Origin: Stellaceae bacterium | GTDB lineage: Bacteria > Pseudomonadota > Alphaproteobacteria > ATCC43930 > CGMCC-115725 | Assembly: GCA_035509615.1 (NCBI GenBank) | Contig: DATJLK010000098.1 | Span: 5,314 to 69,313 of the forward strand | DNA: 64,000 bases | Direction of reading: 5' to 3' | Shown here: positions 46,296 through 55,903 of the stretch, in pieces | Layout: every line of letters begins with the position of its first letter | How positions within the stretch are numbered: position 1 is the first letter of the stretch | The notes under the pieces: generated by a model | What the model was told of the DNA's origin: nothing | The model's database searches: none | What the model saw: only the letters and a program-made list of their open reading frames with translations | Program-made: the position numbers and the translations under genes

Positions 46296-49019
46296 CTATT
46301 CGTGACGAAAGACGGCGGCGCGCCCGGCGTTGAGAAGGGTCCGGGCGTCGAGACGGCCAAAAAGCTCGATCAGCGGTGCCACGAGCCCGGTCCATCCGGT
46401 CTGATGACTGGCGCCGATGCCGGCGCCGTTGTCGCCGTGGAAATATTCGTAGAACAGCAGGTAATCGCGCCAGTGAGGATCGCTTTGAAACTTCTCGGCG
46501 CCGCCAAACACCGGCCGCCGGCCGGTCTCGTCGCGCAGGAAGATGCGGGTCAGCCGGTTGGCGATTTCGCGCGCGACCTCGAATAGGTTCATCAGCTTGC
46601 CGGAGCCGGTCGGGCACGCGATCTTGAAGTTGTCGCCGTAATACAAGTAATATTGCATCAACGCGCGGATCAGTAGCACATTGACCGGCATCCAGATCGG
46701 TCCGCGCCAGTTGGAATTGCCGCCGAACATGCCGGTGTCCGATTCCGCCGGCAGGTAGTTCACCCGATATTCCTCGCCGTAGACCGAAAAGACGTAAGGG
46801 TGGTCGGCGTGATAACGCGACAGGGCGCGGATGCCGTAGGGGCTGAGAAACTCGTTCTCGTCGAGCATCCGGGCGAGAATGCGGCGGAGCCGGTCGGTGT
46901 TGACCAGAGCCATCATTCCGCGTTCGGCGACGCCAAATTGCCCCGGCCCGGTGGCATGAATCGACTGGAGCAGCTCCGGCATGCGGCGCAAGCGTTCTAA
47001 AAACCCCGCCGTCAATGCCGGAACCCGCTCTCGCTGCCACCGCTCCACGACTGTGGTGGCGCAGAGCGGCAAGAGACCGACCATCGAGCGGACTTTGAGC
47101 CGGGTAGCGCTGCCGTCGGGCAGGCGGAGGACATCATAGTAGAAACCATCCTCCTCGTCCCACATGCCGTCCGGACCGATTGCGTTCATCGCGCGGGCGA
47201 TCAACAGAAACTGCATGCCCACATTGGTCGCCAGTTCCTCATAGGCTGAATCGTTGGCCGCCAGCTCGATCGCGATCTCGAGCATGTTTTGGGCATAGAG
47301 GGCGACCCATGCGGTGCCGTCGGCCTGCTCCAAATAGCCGCCGGTCGGCAGCGGCGCGCTGCGATCAAAGACGCCGATATTGTCGAGCCCGAGAAACCCG
47401 CCCTCGTAGAGGTTCCGGCCGTCGCGGTCTTTACGGTTCACCCACCAGCCGAAATTCGCACTCAGCTTGCCAAACACGCGCTTCAGGAAATCGAGATCGG
47501 TCTTGCCCCGCAGCGCCTGCTCCACGCGGTAGAGAAAGATCGTGGCCCAACCATGCACCGGCGGGTTGACGTCGCTGAAGTTCCATTCATAGGCCGGGAT
47601 CTGTCCGGTCGGATGCAGGTACAGCCCGAGAAGAAGCAGGTCGAGCTGCTGCTTGGCGAAATCGACATCGACAGTGGCCAAAGCCAGCGTGTGAAAAGCA
47701 AGGTCCCACGCCGCGAACCAGGGATATTCCCACTTGTCCGGCATCGAGATGACATGCTCACTGAGCATGTGGAACCACTCGCTGTTGCGTATCTGGCGGG
47801 TTGGCCGCATCGGCTCGACACCGTGTTCCAGCAGCCATTTATCGACATCGTAGAAAAAGAACTGCTTGCTCCACAGCATCCCGGCCAAGGCTTGCCGCAT
47901 TACATTGGCGGCATCCTCGCCCACCCCGTTGGGTGTGATCGCGCGATAGAAGTCATCGGCCTCGTCTCGGCGCATCTCGATGATTTGTGCGAAACGCGCG
48001 CCGAACGGCTCCCCAGTCCCGGCTGCGGCATTGCTCAGCCGCAATCTGACGACAGCGGTTGCACCGGCGCCGACGCTTAATCGGTAATGCGCAGCGGCTT
48101 TGGTGCCGGTGTGGTTCGGGTTGACCGCATTGTGCCGGCCGGCCACTACATAGTCGTTGATCCCGTCCTTGACGTAGGACGTCGGATTGGCGGTGCCGAA
48201 GAGACGCTCGTTGTTGGTCTCGTTTTCGGTGAACAGCAGATGCGCATCCCCCTCGCAATGCAGCAAGTAGCCGCCGAGCGTCGGGTGCGAGGCGGCAATC
48301 GCGCTGCCGCCGTTTTCACCGGCTGTCGCCCGAAGCGACGGTTTCGGTTCGCCCGGCCACCATGTCCAGCGATTGCGGAACCACAAGGTCGGCAGCACGT
48401 GCACCAGGCTTTCGTCCGGGCCGCGATTACTCATGCTGATCTGGATCAGCAGGTCGGTGGGTGTTGCCTTCGCGTATTCGACCAACACATCGAAATACCG
48501 GTCTTCGGTGAAAATGCCGGTATCAAGCAGCTCGTATTCGGGGTCCAACCGACCCCGATGTCTGTTCATTTCTATCAGGTTGCGGTAAGGGTATTCCGTC
48601 TGCGGATATTTATATAGATATTTCATGTATGAATGAGTCGGCGTGCTATCGAGGTAGAAATAATACTCCTTGACGTCTTCGCCGTGATTGGCTTCGCTGT
48701 TGGTCAGGCCGTACATCCGTTCTTTGAGGATCGGGTCTTTGCCATTCCACAGTGCGAGTGCAAAACACAGCAGCTGATGGTCGTCGCTGATACCGCCGAG
48801 ACCGTCCTCGCCCCAGTGATAAGCACGCGAACGGGCCTGGTCGTGGCTGAAATAATCCCAGGCATTGCCATCCTCGCTGTAATCCTCACGGACGGTCCCC
48901 CATTGCCGCTCGCTGAGGTATGGCCCCCACTGCCGCCACGGCACCTGCCGCTCCCGCGCCTCGTCCAGCCGCAATGCCTCGGCCGTTCTGGCCGGTGCGG
49001 TCGTCGGGTTATGGGCCAT
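46296..49019 (-). CDS. GH63-like glucosidase (MGH1-like glycoside hydrolase family)
   Basis: 907 aa. The N-terminal WRQWGPYLSERQWGTVREDYSEDGNAWDYF...AYHWGEDGL...ALWNGKDPILKERMYGL and the C-terminal (alpha/alpha)6-type region are as I recall for this family. Confidence 0.65.
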   Translation of the reverse strand: MAHNPTTAPARTAEALRLDEARERQVPWRQWGPYLSERQWGTVREDYSEDGNAWDYFSHDQARSRAYHWGEDGLGGISDDHQLLCFALALWNGKDPILKERMYGLTNSEANHGEDVKEYYFYLDSTPTHSYMKYLYKYPQTEYPYRNLIEMNRHRGRLDPEYELLDTGIFTEDRYFDVLVEYAKATPTDLLIQISMSNRGPDESLVHVLPTLWFRNRWTWWPGEPKPSLRATAGENGGSAIAASHPTLGGYLLHCEGDAHLLFTENETNNERLFGTANPTSYVKDGINDYVVAGRHNAVNPNHTGTKAAAHYRLSVGAGATAVVRLRLSNAAAGTGEPFGARFAQIIEMRRDEADDFYRAITPNGVGEDAANVMRQALAGMLWSKQFFFYDVDKWLLEHGVEPMRPTRQIRNSEWFHMLSEHVISMPDKWEYPWFAAWDLAFHTLALATVDVDFAKQQLDLLLLGLYLHPTGQIPAYEWNFSDVNPPVHGWATIFLYRVEQALRGKTDLDFLKRVFGKLSANFGWWVNRKDRDGRNLYEGGFLGLDNIGVFDRSAPLPTGGYLEQADGTAWVALYAQNMLEIAIELAANDSAYEELATNVGMQFLLIARAMNAIGPDGMWDEEDGFYYDVLRLPDGSATRLKVRSMVGLLPLCATTVVERWQRERVPALTAGFLERLRRMPELLQSIHATGPGQFGVAERGMMALVNTDRLRRILARMLDENEFLSPYGIRALSRYHADHPYVFSVYGEEYRVNYLPAESDTGMFGGNSNWRGPIWMPVNVLLIRALMQYYLYYGDNFKIACPTGSGKLMNLFEVAREIANRLTRIFLRDETGRRPVFGGAEKFQSDPHWRDYLLFYEYFHGDNGAGIGASHQTGWTGLVAPLIELFGRLDARTLLNAGRAAVFRHE

Positions 49020-49401
49020 GGCTAGCTCCCGTTTCAGCTGTTACATCGATCGATGCCGGTGGCCACCCGACCCCCCGAAAGATCGTCGGATCTGATCGCG
49101 ATGGACCGCCCACTGTCGGACATCGTCACTTGATAGTTCTTGGGTTGGCGAGCAACGTCAACAACTGAGGCCGGATCCGGTTTGCCGTTTTTCTTTAAAT
49201 TTTGATGTAAGCGGGCGAGCAAGCACCGCCGATAGTGGCGATCTCGCATTGATCAGGCAAATCGCGGCCGAGTGCGTCCGCTTCCTGATTGACCCCGGCG
49301 CGTTCGCGACAGCTGGGAGTGCATCGGGGCGCATCGACGATGGGACAGCAGGGATCACGTCGGGCTAGAAAACGCAGAACCTGCTGCAGCGAGAGAGAAA
49401 C

Positions 49402-50349
49402 ATGCAATGCTTGTCGAAATCGAGGGTTTCAAGTCTAGCCGCAGCGGCCGGCTTGCTGGTAGCGTTTTACGCGGAAGTCACGATCGCGCAGCAATATCCG
49501 GGTTCGAGCGGTCCGGTTGTCACCGCCCCGCCGCCTGCCACAGCCCCGGCGCCACGCCTGGCGCCGCCATCCACCCCGACATATCCGCTGCCGGCCGCGG
49601 CAGCGCCGGTGCTGGTGTCACCACCCGCGCCGCCGCCGGGGATGCCGAGCTTTCTCAGCGGATTGCAGGTGATCGCCTACCCCTATTTGTGGCTGGCCGG
49701 GCTCAATATGGCGATAGAAACGCCGCTCGCCCGCGCGCCGCAGGTCAATATCAGCGCTGGCGCCGGCACGATCCTCAGTAACATCAGCTACATGCCGTTT
49801 ATGGGCTCGGCCGAACTGCGTTACGGGCCGTTCGGCGTGCTGGCCGACGGGCTGCACGTGCCGCTCGTCGTGCCGATCACGACCCGCAACATATTCTTTA
49901 GGGGCGGCAGCAGCGCGGTCGGGCTGAGCGTCGCGACCGGCGACGCGTTCTATCGTCTGCTCGATCAGCCGGGGCAGACGGTCGATGCCGGTCTCGGTTT
50001 CCGGTTTTGGGATGCTTCGAGCGTAACGACACTGTACGGCCGGTTTCTGGTGCCGACGCTACAGGTCAGCGATTCGGGCAGTTGGACCGATCCGTTGATC
50101 GCGGCGCGGTATCATCGGGATCTTGCCGACGGGTTCGGACTGACGGCCTATGGCGATGTCGGCGGGTTCGGGATCGCAGCCCACTCCGATTGGGAGATCA
50201 CCGGCCTGCTCGATTATGTCTGGAACCCCCAATTAACGTTCCAAGTCGGCTATCGCAGCCTGAACCTCGCCTACTCGGCCGCGAGCAGACCGCTCGGTTT
50301 TAACGTCCACCTGAAAGGGCCGCTGCTCGGTTTGACGTTGCGCTTCTGA
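49402..50349 (+). CDS. Putative outer-membrane beta-barrel protein
   Basis: Signal peptide (LAAAAGLLVAFYAEVTIAQQ), a Pro/Ala-rich spacer, alternating beta-strand-like sequence, and a C-terminal LGLTLRF ending in Phe. Confidence 0.55.
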   Translation: MQCLSKSRVSSLAAAAGLLVAFYAEVTIAQQYPGSSGPVVTAPPPATAPAPRLAPPSTPTYPLPAAAAPVLVSPPAPPPGMPSFLSGLQVIAYPYLWLAGLNMAIETPLARAPQVNISAGAGTILSNISYMPFMGSAELRYGPFGVLADGLHVPLVVPITTRNIFFRGGSSAVGLSVATGDAFYRLLDQPGQTVDAGLGFRFWDASSVTTLYGRFLVPTLQVSDSGSWTDPLIAARYHRDLADGFGLTAYGDVGGFGIAAHSDWEITGLLDYVWNPQLTFQVGYRSLNLAYSAASRPLGFNVHLKGPLLGLTLRF

Positions 50350-50480
50350 CGCGGCCATCAGCCCGCCTTCGCGGGGCGACGGAGGCGGGACGGGTACCAT
50401 ATCTCCGGATCATATCACCAGGAGAACACGAGCCGGATGGATCATGGCGCCGTGCGCAGGCTTCGGTTACGAAAACGATA

Positions 50481-51461
50481 TCAAACGAAACTGACCACCG
50501 CGTGCGGGATGTAAGGTTCCTCAAGCGCAGCGATCTCCTCGGGGGTCAATTTCACGGCAACCGCTGCAAGCGCATCGTCGAGGTGGTGGAGCTTGGTGGC
50601 GCCGACGATGGGTGCGGTGATTGCCGGCTTTGCCAGCAGCCAGGCGAGCGCTACCTGGGCCCGCGCTATGCCGCGGGCACCGGCGACTTCGGCCACGCGA
50701 TCGACAACCTTTTTGTCGGCCTCCTGTGACCGGGCGAACAGGCGGGTGATCGCCGCATCGGTCTCGGTGCGCATGCTGGTGTAATCCCAGTCGCGGCTCA
50801 ATAGGCCGCGCGCCTGCGGGCTCCAGGGGATGACGCCGATGCCCTCGGCTTCGCACAGCGGCAGCATTTCGCGCTCCTCCTCGCGATAGAGCAGGTTGAC
50901 GAGGTTCTGCATGCTGACAAAGCGCGTCCAGCCGTGGCGTTCGGCGATCCCGAGGGCGCGGGCGAACTGCCAGGCGTGCATCGACGAGGCGCCGATATAC
51001 CGCGCCTTGCCGGACTTGACGACGTCGTGCAGCGCTTCAAGCGTCTCCTCGATCGGCGTGTCACGGTCGAAACGGTGGATCTGATAGAGGTCGACATAAT
51101 CCATGCCGAGCCGACACAGGCTGTTGTCGATCTCGGCGAAGATCGCTTTGCGTGACAGGCCGGCGCCATTGGGCCCCGGACGCATCCGGCCATAGACTTT
51201 GGTGGCAATGACGACCTCGTCGCGGTGAGCGAAATCCTTGATCGCGCGGCCGAGGATTTCTTCGCTGTTGCCGAGCGAATAGCGGTTGGCGGTATCGAAA
51301 AAGTTGATGCCGGCTTCGAGCGCTTTTTTGATGAATGGCCGACTCTCCTCTTCGGGAAGGCTCCACTCATGATTGCCTCGATTGCCGCCGCCATAGCTCA
51401 TGCAGCCAAGGCAGATGCGCGAGACCTCGAGGCCGGTGCGGCCGAGCTTCCTGTATTCCAT
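50481..51461 (-). CDS. Aldo/keto reductase
   Basis: MEYRKLGRTGLEVSRICLGCMSYG, INFFDTANRYSLGNSEEILG, VDLYQIHRFD. Confidence 0.85.
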   Translation of the reverse strand: MEYRKLGRTGLEVSRICLGCMSYGGGNRGNHEWSLPEEESRPFIKKALEAGINFFDTANRYSLGNSEEILGRAIKDFAHRDEVVIATKVYGRMRPGPNGAGLSRKAIFAEIDNSLCRLGMDYVDLYQIHRFDRDTPIEETLEALHDVVKSGKARYIGASSMHAWQFARALGIAERHGWTRFVSMQNLVNLLYREEEREMLPLCEAEGIGVIPWSPQARGLLSRDWDYTSMRTETDAAITRLFARSQEADKKVVDRVAEVAGARGIARAQVALAWLLAKPAITAPIVGATKLHHLDDALAAVAVKLTPEEIAALEEPYIPHAVVSFV

Positions 51462-51498
51462 CTCTTGTTCCTTTATGTGCGGGCTGCGAGCAGGCGGT

Positions 51499-52350
51499 TC
51501 AGCGCCGAAACGGCGCGTCGAGGGTCAGAAACCCGGCAAATTCGTCCTGGTAATCCGGGTGCCAGCGCGACAATGCCGGACGGTTGTGGATGATGTCCTC
51601 GGCCGCCCAGAGGATGCGCCGGTTGTCGATGTCGCGGGTCACGTCGTTGTCGGGACAGATGATGTAGAAATCGCCGGCCGACATTGCCGCCACCATGAAA
51701 TCGACAACCTGTTCCGGCGTCCAGGAGCCGGGCGGTTTCTCGGTGCGGCCGCGGGCGGTCATGCCGGTAAAGGTCGAGCCCGGCACCAGCAGATGCGCGC
51801 TGACCATGCAGCCCGCGATGTTGCGCAATGAATGCGCCAGCCCTTCCGTCAGCACCTTCACCCCGGCCTTGGTTACATTGTAGGCGGTGTTGCCTGGCGG
51901 GCAGGTGATTCCCTGCTTGGAGCCGGTATTGATGATGGCGGCGGGCGTGCCCTGGTCGATCATCGCCGGGGTGAAGGCGTGGACGCCGTTGATCACGCCC
52001 CACAGATTGACCCCGAGCACCCGTAGCCAGCCGTCATAATCGTCCCACGGACCGCCGCCTGCCGAGACGCCGGCGTTGTTCATCAACACCGCGATCTCGC
52101 CGAAATCGGCATAGACCCGTTCCTTGAGGCGGTGGACCTCCTCGATCTTGCTGACATCGGTCGGCACCGTGACGATGGTGGCGCCCGGCAGCTGCTCTGT
52201 CGCCCGGTCGAGCGCCTGCTGGTGCAGATCGGCGAGGCAAATCTTCATGCCAATGGCCGCGAAGCGCTTTGCCGCCGCAAGGCCGATCCCGCTGGCGCCC
52301 CCGGTGATGACCGCGGCGCGCCCGGCCGCCAATGCCGGATGTTGAGGCAT
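51499..52350 (-). CDS. SDR-family oxidoreductase
   Basis: AAVITGGASGIGLAAAKRF, NNAGV, YNVTKAG (YxxxK). Confidence 0.8.
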   Translation of the reverse strand: MPQHPALAAGRAAVITGGASGIGLAAAKRFAAIGMKICLADLHQQALDRATEQLPGATIVTVPTDVSKIEEVHRLKERVYADFGEIAVLMNNAGVSAGGGPWDDYDGWLRVLGVNLWGVINGVHAFTPAMIDQGTPAAIINTGSKQGITCPPGNTAYNVTKAGVKVLTEGLAHSLRNIAGCMVSAHLLVPGSTFTGMTARGRTEKPPGSWTPEQVVDFMVAAMSAGDFYIICPDNDVTRDIDNRRILWAAEDIIHNRPALSRWHPDYQDEFAGFLTLDAPFRR

Positions 52351-52361
52351 CGGAAGCCCTC

Positions 52362-53867
52362 CTACCGGCGCTGCGGGGTGTTGAGGTTGACGGTTACGTT
52401 TTTGCGCTGGGTAAAGCTGTCGAGCATCCCCTCAAGCGAGAACTCGCGGCCGATGCCGCTCTCCTTGTAACCGCCATAGGAATGGCCCGGTTGCTGGCCA
52501 AGCCCCTGATTGACCTGCACCCAGCCCGATTCGATCGCATGCGCCGTCCGCAGTCCGCTGCCGATGTCGTGGGTCCAGACATAGGCGGCGAGACCATAAT
52601 GGCTGTCATTGGCCATGCGGATCGCGTCGGCCTCGTCGCGCCACGGGATCGCCACCAGCACCGGGCCGAAGATTTCCTCCCGCGCCAGCCGCCAGTCGTT
52701 CGAGGCGTCGGCGAATACGGTCGGGATGGCGAAATATCCTTCGCTGAGCGGGCCCTCTTTCGGCGGCAGACCACCAAACACCAGCCGCGCATCCCGCCGC
52801 TTCAGCCCGTCCTCGACATAGCCGCACACCTTGGTGAACTGCTTATCGTTGATGATGCTGCCGATATCGGTTGCTTCGTCGAGTGGGTCGCCGAGCTTCA
52901 GCGTCGTCGTCTTGGCCCGCAATTTGTCAAGAAAGCTGTCGAAGATGTCGGCATGCAGGAACAGGCGCGAGCCGGCGGTGCAGGACTGGCTCTGCCGCGT
53001 AAAACGCATGCCGGCGATGACGCCGTCGACGACCCAATCCTCGTCGGCATCGGGATAGACGATCGCCGGGCTCTTGCCGCCCAGCTCCAGCGACACCGGG
53101 ACGATCCGGTCGGCCGCGGCTCGCATGATCAGCTTGCCGACCTCGGTCGACCCGGTAAAGGACAGTTTGCGGACCAGCGGGTGTTGCGCCAACGGGCCAC
53201 CACATTCCTCACCCAGGCCGGTCAGCACGTTCAGCACGCCCGCCGGCAGGAATTGCTGACAGATCTCGGCCATCATCAGGACGCCGAGCGGCGCATCCTC
53301 CGCCGCCTTTAGCACCAAAGTGTTGCCGGCGCACAAGGCTGGCGCGATCTTCAACGCGCCCAACAGCACCGGCGCATTCCACGGAATGATCGCACCGACA
53401 ACGCCGATCGGCTCCCGCCGGGTGTAGCTCAGCACCTGCTCGCTGAGCGGGATCGTCTCGCCCTTCAGCTCGCCGGCAAGGCCGCCGAAATAGCGAAAGA
53501 TGTCAGCGGCAAGTCGCGCCTCGGCGCGCGCCTGGGTGCGCAGCGCGTTGCCGGTTTCAAGCGCAATCGTCCGCGCCATCGCCTCGGTCTCGGTCTCCAT
53601 CTTGTCGGCGATGCGCAACAGGAGCCGGCCGCGGTCGCGCGGCGCGAGTTTGCTCCAGGCCGGGAATGCACGGGCGGCGGCTTTGACCGCGCGGTCGACG
53701 TCGGCCGCATCACCGCGCGGGACCGTCGCGATCGGCTGCCGCTTTGCCGGGTTTTCGACGGTCAGAAACGCGCCGCAGAGGCTGTCTGCCGAGGAGCCGT
53801 CGATCAGCATGCGCACATGACGGAGGTCGGCTTTGGTTTGTTGGCGGATATCTTCGGTGATCGACAT
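52362..53867 (-). CDS. NAD(P)-dependent aldehyde dehydrogenase family protein
   Basis: 501 aa. IIPWNAPV, FTGSTEVGK, ELGGKSP, and a catalytic Cys region QSQSCTAGSRL. It is the first gene of a minus-strand ALDH-SDR-AKR operon with 11-nt and 37-nt spacers. Confidence 0.85.
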   Translation of the reverse strand: MSITEDIRQQTKADLRHVRMLIDGSSADSLCGAFLTVENPAKRQPIATVPRGDAADVDRAVKAAARAFPAWSKLAPRDRGRLLLRIADKMETETEAMARTIALETGNALRTQARAEARLAADIFRYFGGLAGELKGETIPLSEQVLSYTRREPIGVVGAIIPWNAPVLLGALKIAPALCAGNTLVLKAAEDAPLGVLMMAEICQQFLPAGVLNVLTGLGEECGGPLAQHPLVRKLSFTGSTEVGKLIMRAAADRIVPVSLELGGKSPAIVYPDADEDWVVDGVIAGMRFTRQSQSCTAGSRLFLHADIFDSFLDKLRAKTTTLKLGDPLDEATDIGSIINDKQFTKVCGYVEDGLKRRDARLVFGGLPPKEGPLSEGYFAIPTVFADASNDWRLAREEIFGPVLVAIPWRDEADAIRMANDSHYGLAAYVWTHDIGSGLRTAHAIESGWVQVNQGLGQQPGHSYGGYKESGIGREFSLEGMLDSFTQRKNVTVNLNTPQRR

Positions 53868-54235
53868 GGGGGTGCCCTTTCGCTGAGCTTTATCGATGGC
53901 GGCTATGGCGCCGCTCCTCTATATAAGGCCGCTTCCCCTATATCTGTTTAAATATAGCGTTACCGAGGTGGCGGGCGTTAAGCAAGCCTCGGCGTCCACT
54001 CCGCAAGCGAGGAGAAGCGGAGGACATGCTCGAACGCAACGCGCAGCCGCATCATGCGACGACGTTTCCCGGGCGCGCCTAACCTAAAATGCTGATCGCG
54101 CCAACGATCGAGGGGAAACGGGGCGCAGCATTGGCCCCGGCGCCCGCATCTGCCGGACTTGTTGCTGTGGCATGAACGGGTTCGATCGCCGCGAGTTCAA
54201 AACATCGCGGATGCCGCCGCCAACCAGCCCATTTC

Positions 54236-55435
54236 TTAATTTGCGATCTCGAAGATGGTTGTCGTCGCGTAGGTCTGACCAGGCTTCAACACTGTTGATG
54301 GAAAGTTCGCCTGGTTTGGCGAATTAGGATAATGCTGGGTCTCCAAGGCGAGCCCGTCACTTTGACGGTAGGCGCGATCGCTACTCCCGTACTGCGACGC
54401 ATCAAGCGAATTCCCGCTGTAGAACTGAATGCCGGGCTGATCGGTCCATACTCGCAGCGTGCGCCCCGAATCCGGCTCGCTAACGATTGCCGCCAGGGTT
54501 AACTGATTGGGATGTCGAGGCGGGGTCACGACCCAATTGAGGTCGAAGCCGTCGCCGTAGGCGATCTGCGGATCATTCGACCGGATATCCTCGGAGACGG
54601 TCTTCGCACGCCGAAAGTCGAACACCGTTCCTGCCACCGGCTCGATGGTCCCGTTGGGGATCTGGCTATCATTGACCGGGGTAAAGCTGTTGGCATTGAG
54701 CGTCACCAAATGACCGTAGATCGTGCCGGTGCCCTCGCCTCTTAGATTCCAATACGAATGATTCGTCAGGTTGACGACCGTATCGGCATCTGTCGTGGCC
54801 TTGTACGCGATAACGATCTGGTTCCGATTGTTTACGGTATAAGTGACGTAAGTATCGAGATTGCCCGGAAAACCGTATACTGCATCGGCAGGGCAGTTTG
54901 GGTTCGGCGCGGCACCGGTCCAGCCGTCGCCTGCCGGACTTAGATAGTGGAGTTCGATGCCGACGCCACTCGCGTTATTAATGACCTTTGTGGCCGTCCA
55001 GACTTTTGTGTCGAACCCTTTGAAACCGCCGTGCAGAGTATTCGGGCCATTGTTGGGGTCAAGACAATAAGCGACCCCGTCCAATGTAAATACGCCGTTG
55101 GCGATGCGATTGGCGTATCGCCCAATAATTGCTCCGAAATGCGGCCCCGGGCTGTTCAAGGTCACATAATCGTTGAGGTTACTAAAGCCCAAAACGATAT
55201 TGGGAATGTCTTGTCTCTGATTGCGTATCGAGGTGATGATGCCGCCATAGGTGATGATCTTCACCTCCAACCCATGAGCATTTGTCAGGGTATATTGGTA
55301 GACCGGTGAGCCCGATGTCGTGCCGTACAGGGTTTTAACGATCGAACCGGCGGCATGCGCCGGCGCTGACAAGATCAACGTCACCAATGCTACTGAAGGA
55401 ACAACGAGCGTTATAAGCCGATCCAGCAGGTTCAT
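54236..55435 (-). CDS. Secreted aldose 1-epimerase (galactose mutarotase family)
   Basis: YGGIITSI, FGAIIGRYANRIANGVFTLDG..Y.L..NNGPNTLHGG..GFD..VW, and the C-terminal ALETQHYPNSPN. The second ATG (55435) has GGAGG 8 nt upstream and is followed by a signal peptide ending AHAAG. Confidence 0.8.
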   Translation of the reverse strand: MNLLDRLITLVVPSVALVTLILSAPAHAAGSIVKTLYGTTSGSPVYQYTLTNAHGLEVKIITYGGIITSIRNQRQDIPNIVLGFSNLNDYVTLNSPGPHFGAIIGRYANRIANGVFTLDGVAYCLDPNNGPNTLHGGFKGFDTKVWTATKVINNASGVGIELHYLSPAGDGWTGAAPNPNCPADAVYGFPGNLDTYVTYTVNNRNQIVIAYKATTDADTVVNLTNHSYWNLRGEGTGTIYGHLVTLNANSFTPVNDSQIPNGTIEPVAGTVFDFRRAKTVSEDIRSNDPQIAYGDGFDLNWVVTPPRHPNQLTLAAIVSEPDSGRTLRVWTDQPGIQFYSGNSLDASQYGSSDRAYRQSDGLALETQHYPNSPNQANFPSTVLKPGQTYATTTIFEIAN

Positions 55436-55724
55436 GACTGTCCCTCCCATTGATTTTCCTCAATGATGATTCCTACCGGTCATCCCCTTGTCACCACTGC
55501 GGCAGCGGGCTCCCGTGTCTACCCGGCGTGACCTGCCTCCTGGCATAAACCAGAGGCGGCAAGCGGTCCGCCTCGATGCCGCAACGCCATCGTCCATCAT
55601 GGACGGCCCGACCTCGGTATCAAGCTTGGTGGCGAGCCTTTCACGGTCGCCGCACTCGCCGTCAAGATACGAGATCTACTCGACAAGCCGTAACCGCACC
55701 AGGACACGAAAGGCTTTCCGATGT

Positions 55725-55772
55725 CGGAAGTTTACACGGGCGGAAGTTTACACGGGCGGAAGCTTACGCGGG
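55725..55772. repeat. 16-bp tandem direct repeat x3 (cggaagtttacacggg, cggaagtttacacggg, cggaagcttacgcggg)
   Basis: Read directly. It is intergenic, lying upstream of the mutarotase gene and downstream of the hydrolase gene. Confidence 0.9.
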
Positions 55773-55903
55773 CGGTCCGGCAGGGTATCAGCGACGCACG
55801 CCAGCCTCTCTGACCAGCCCCGTGGACGGGTCGACAGGCGCCGAGCCATTTTTGGCAACAGCGCCCGCTTTCGACCCGCTCCCTCGGAGCCACTCGTTAC
55901 ATT

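Noticed and set aside
49034-49407. Small Cys-containing ORFs (70-71 aa) in the spacer between the glucosidase and outer-membrane protein genes
   Set aside because: They are mutually overlapping in different frames and have no RBS or recognisable motif. This is probably the promoter/leader region of the flanking divergent genes.
50350-50400. Hairpin cccgcct-N14-aggcggg after the outer-membrane protein gene as a terminator
   Set aside because: The loop is large (14 nt) and there is no U-tract, so there is not enough support.
53868-54235. Short inverted repeat ctatat-N8-atatag and A/T-rich patch upstream of the ALDH operon as an operator
   Set aside because: The arms are only 6 bp, and this is expected by chance in an A/T-rich promoter patch. 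No cognate regulator gene is adjacent.
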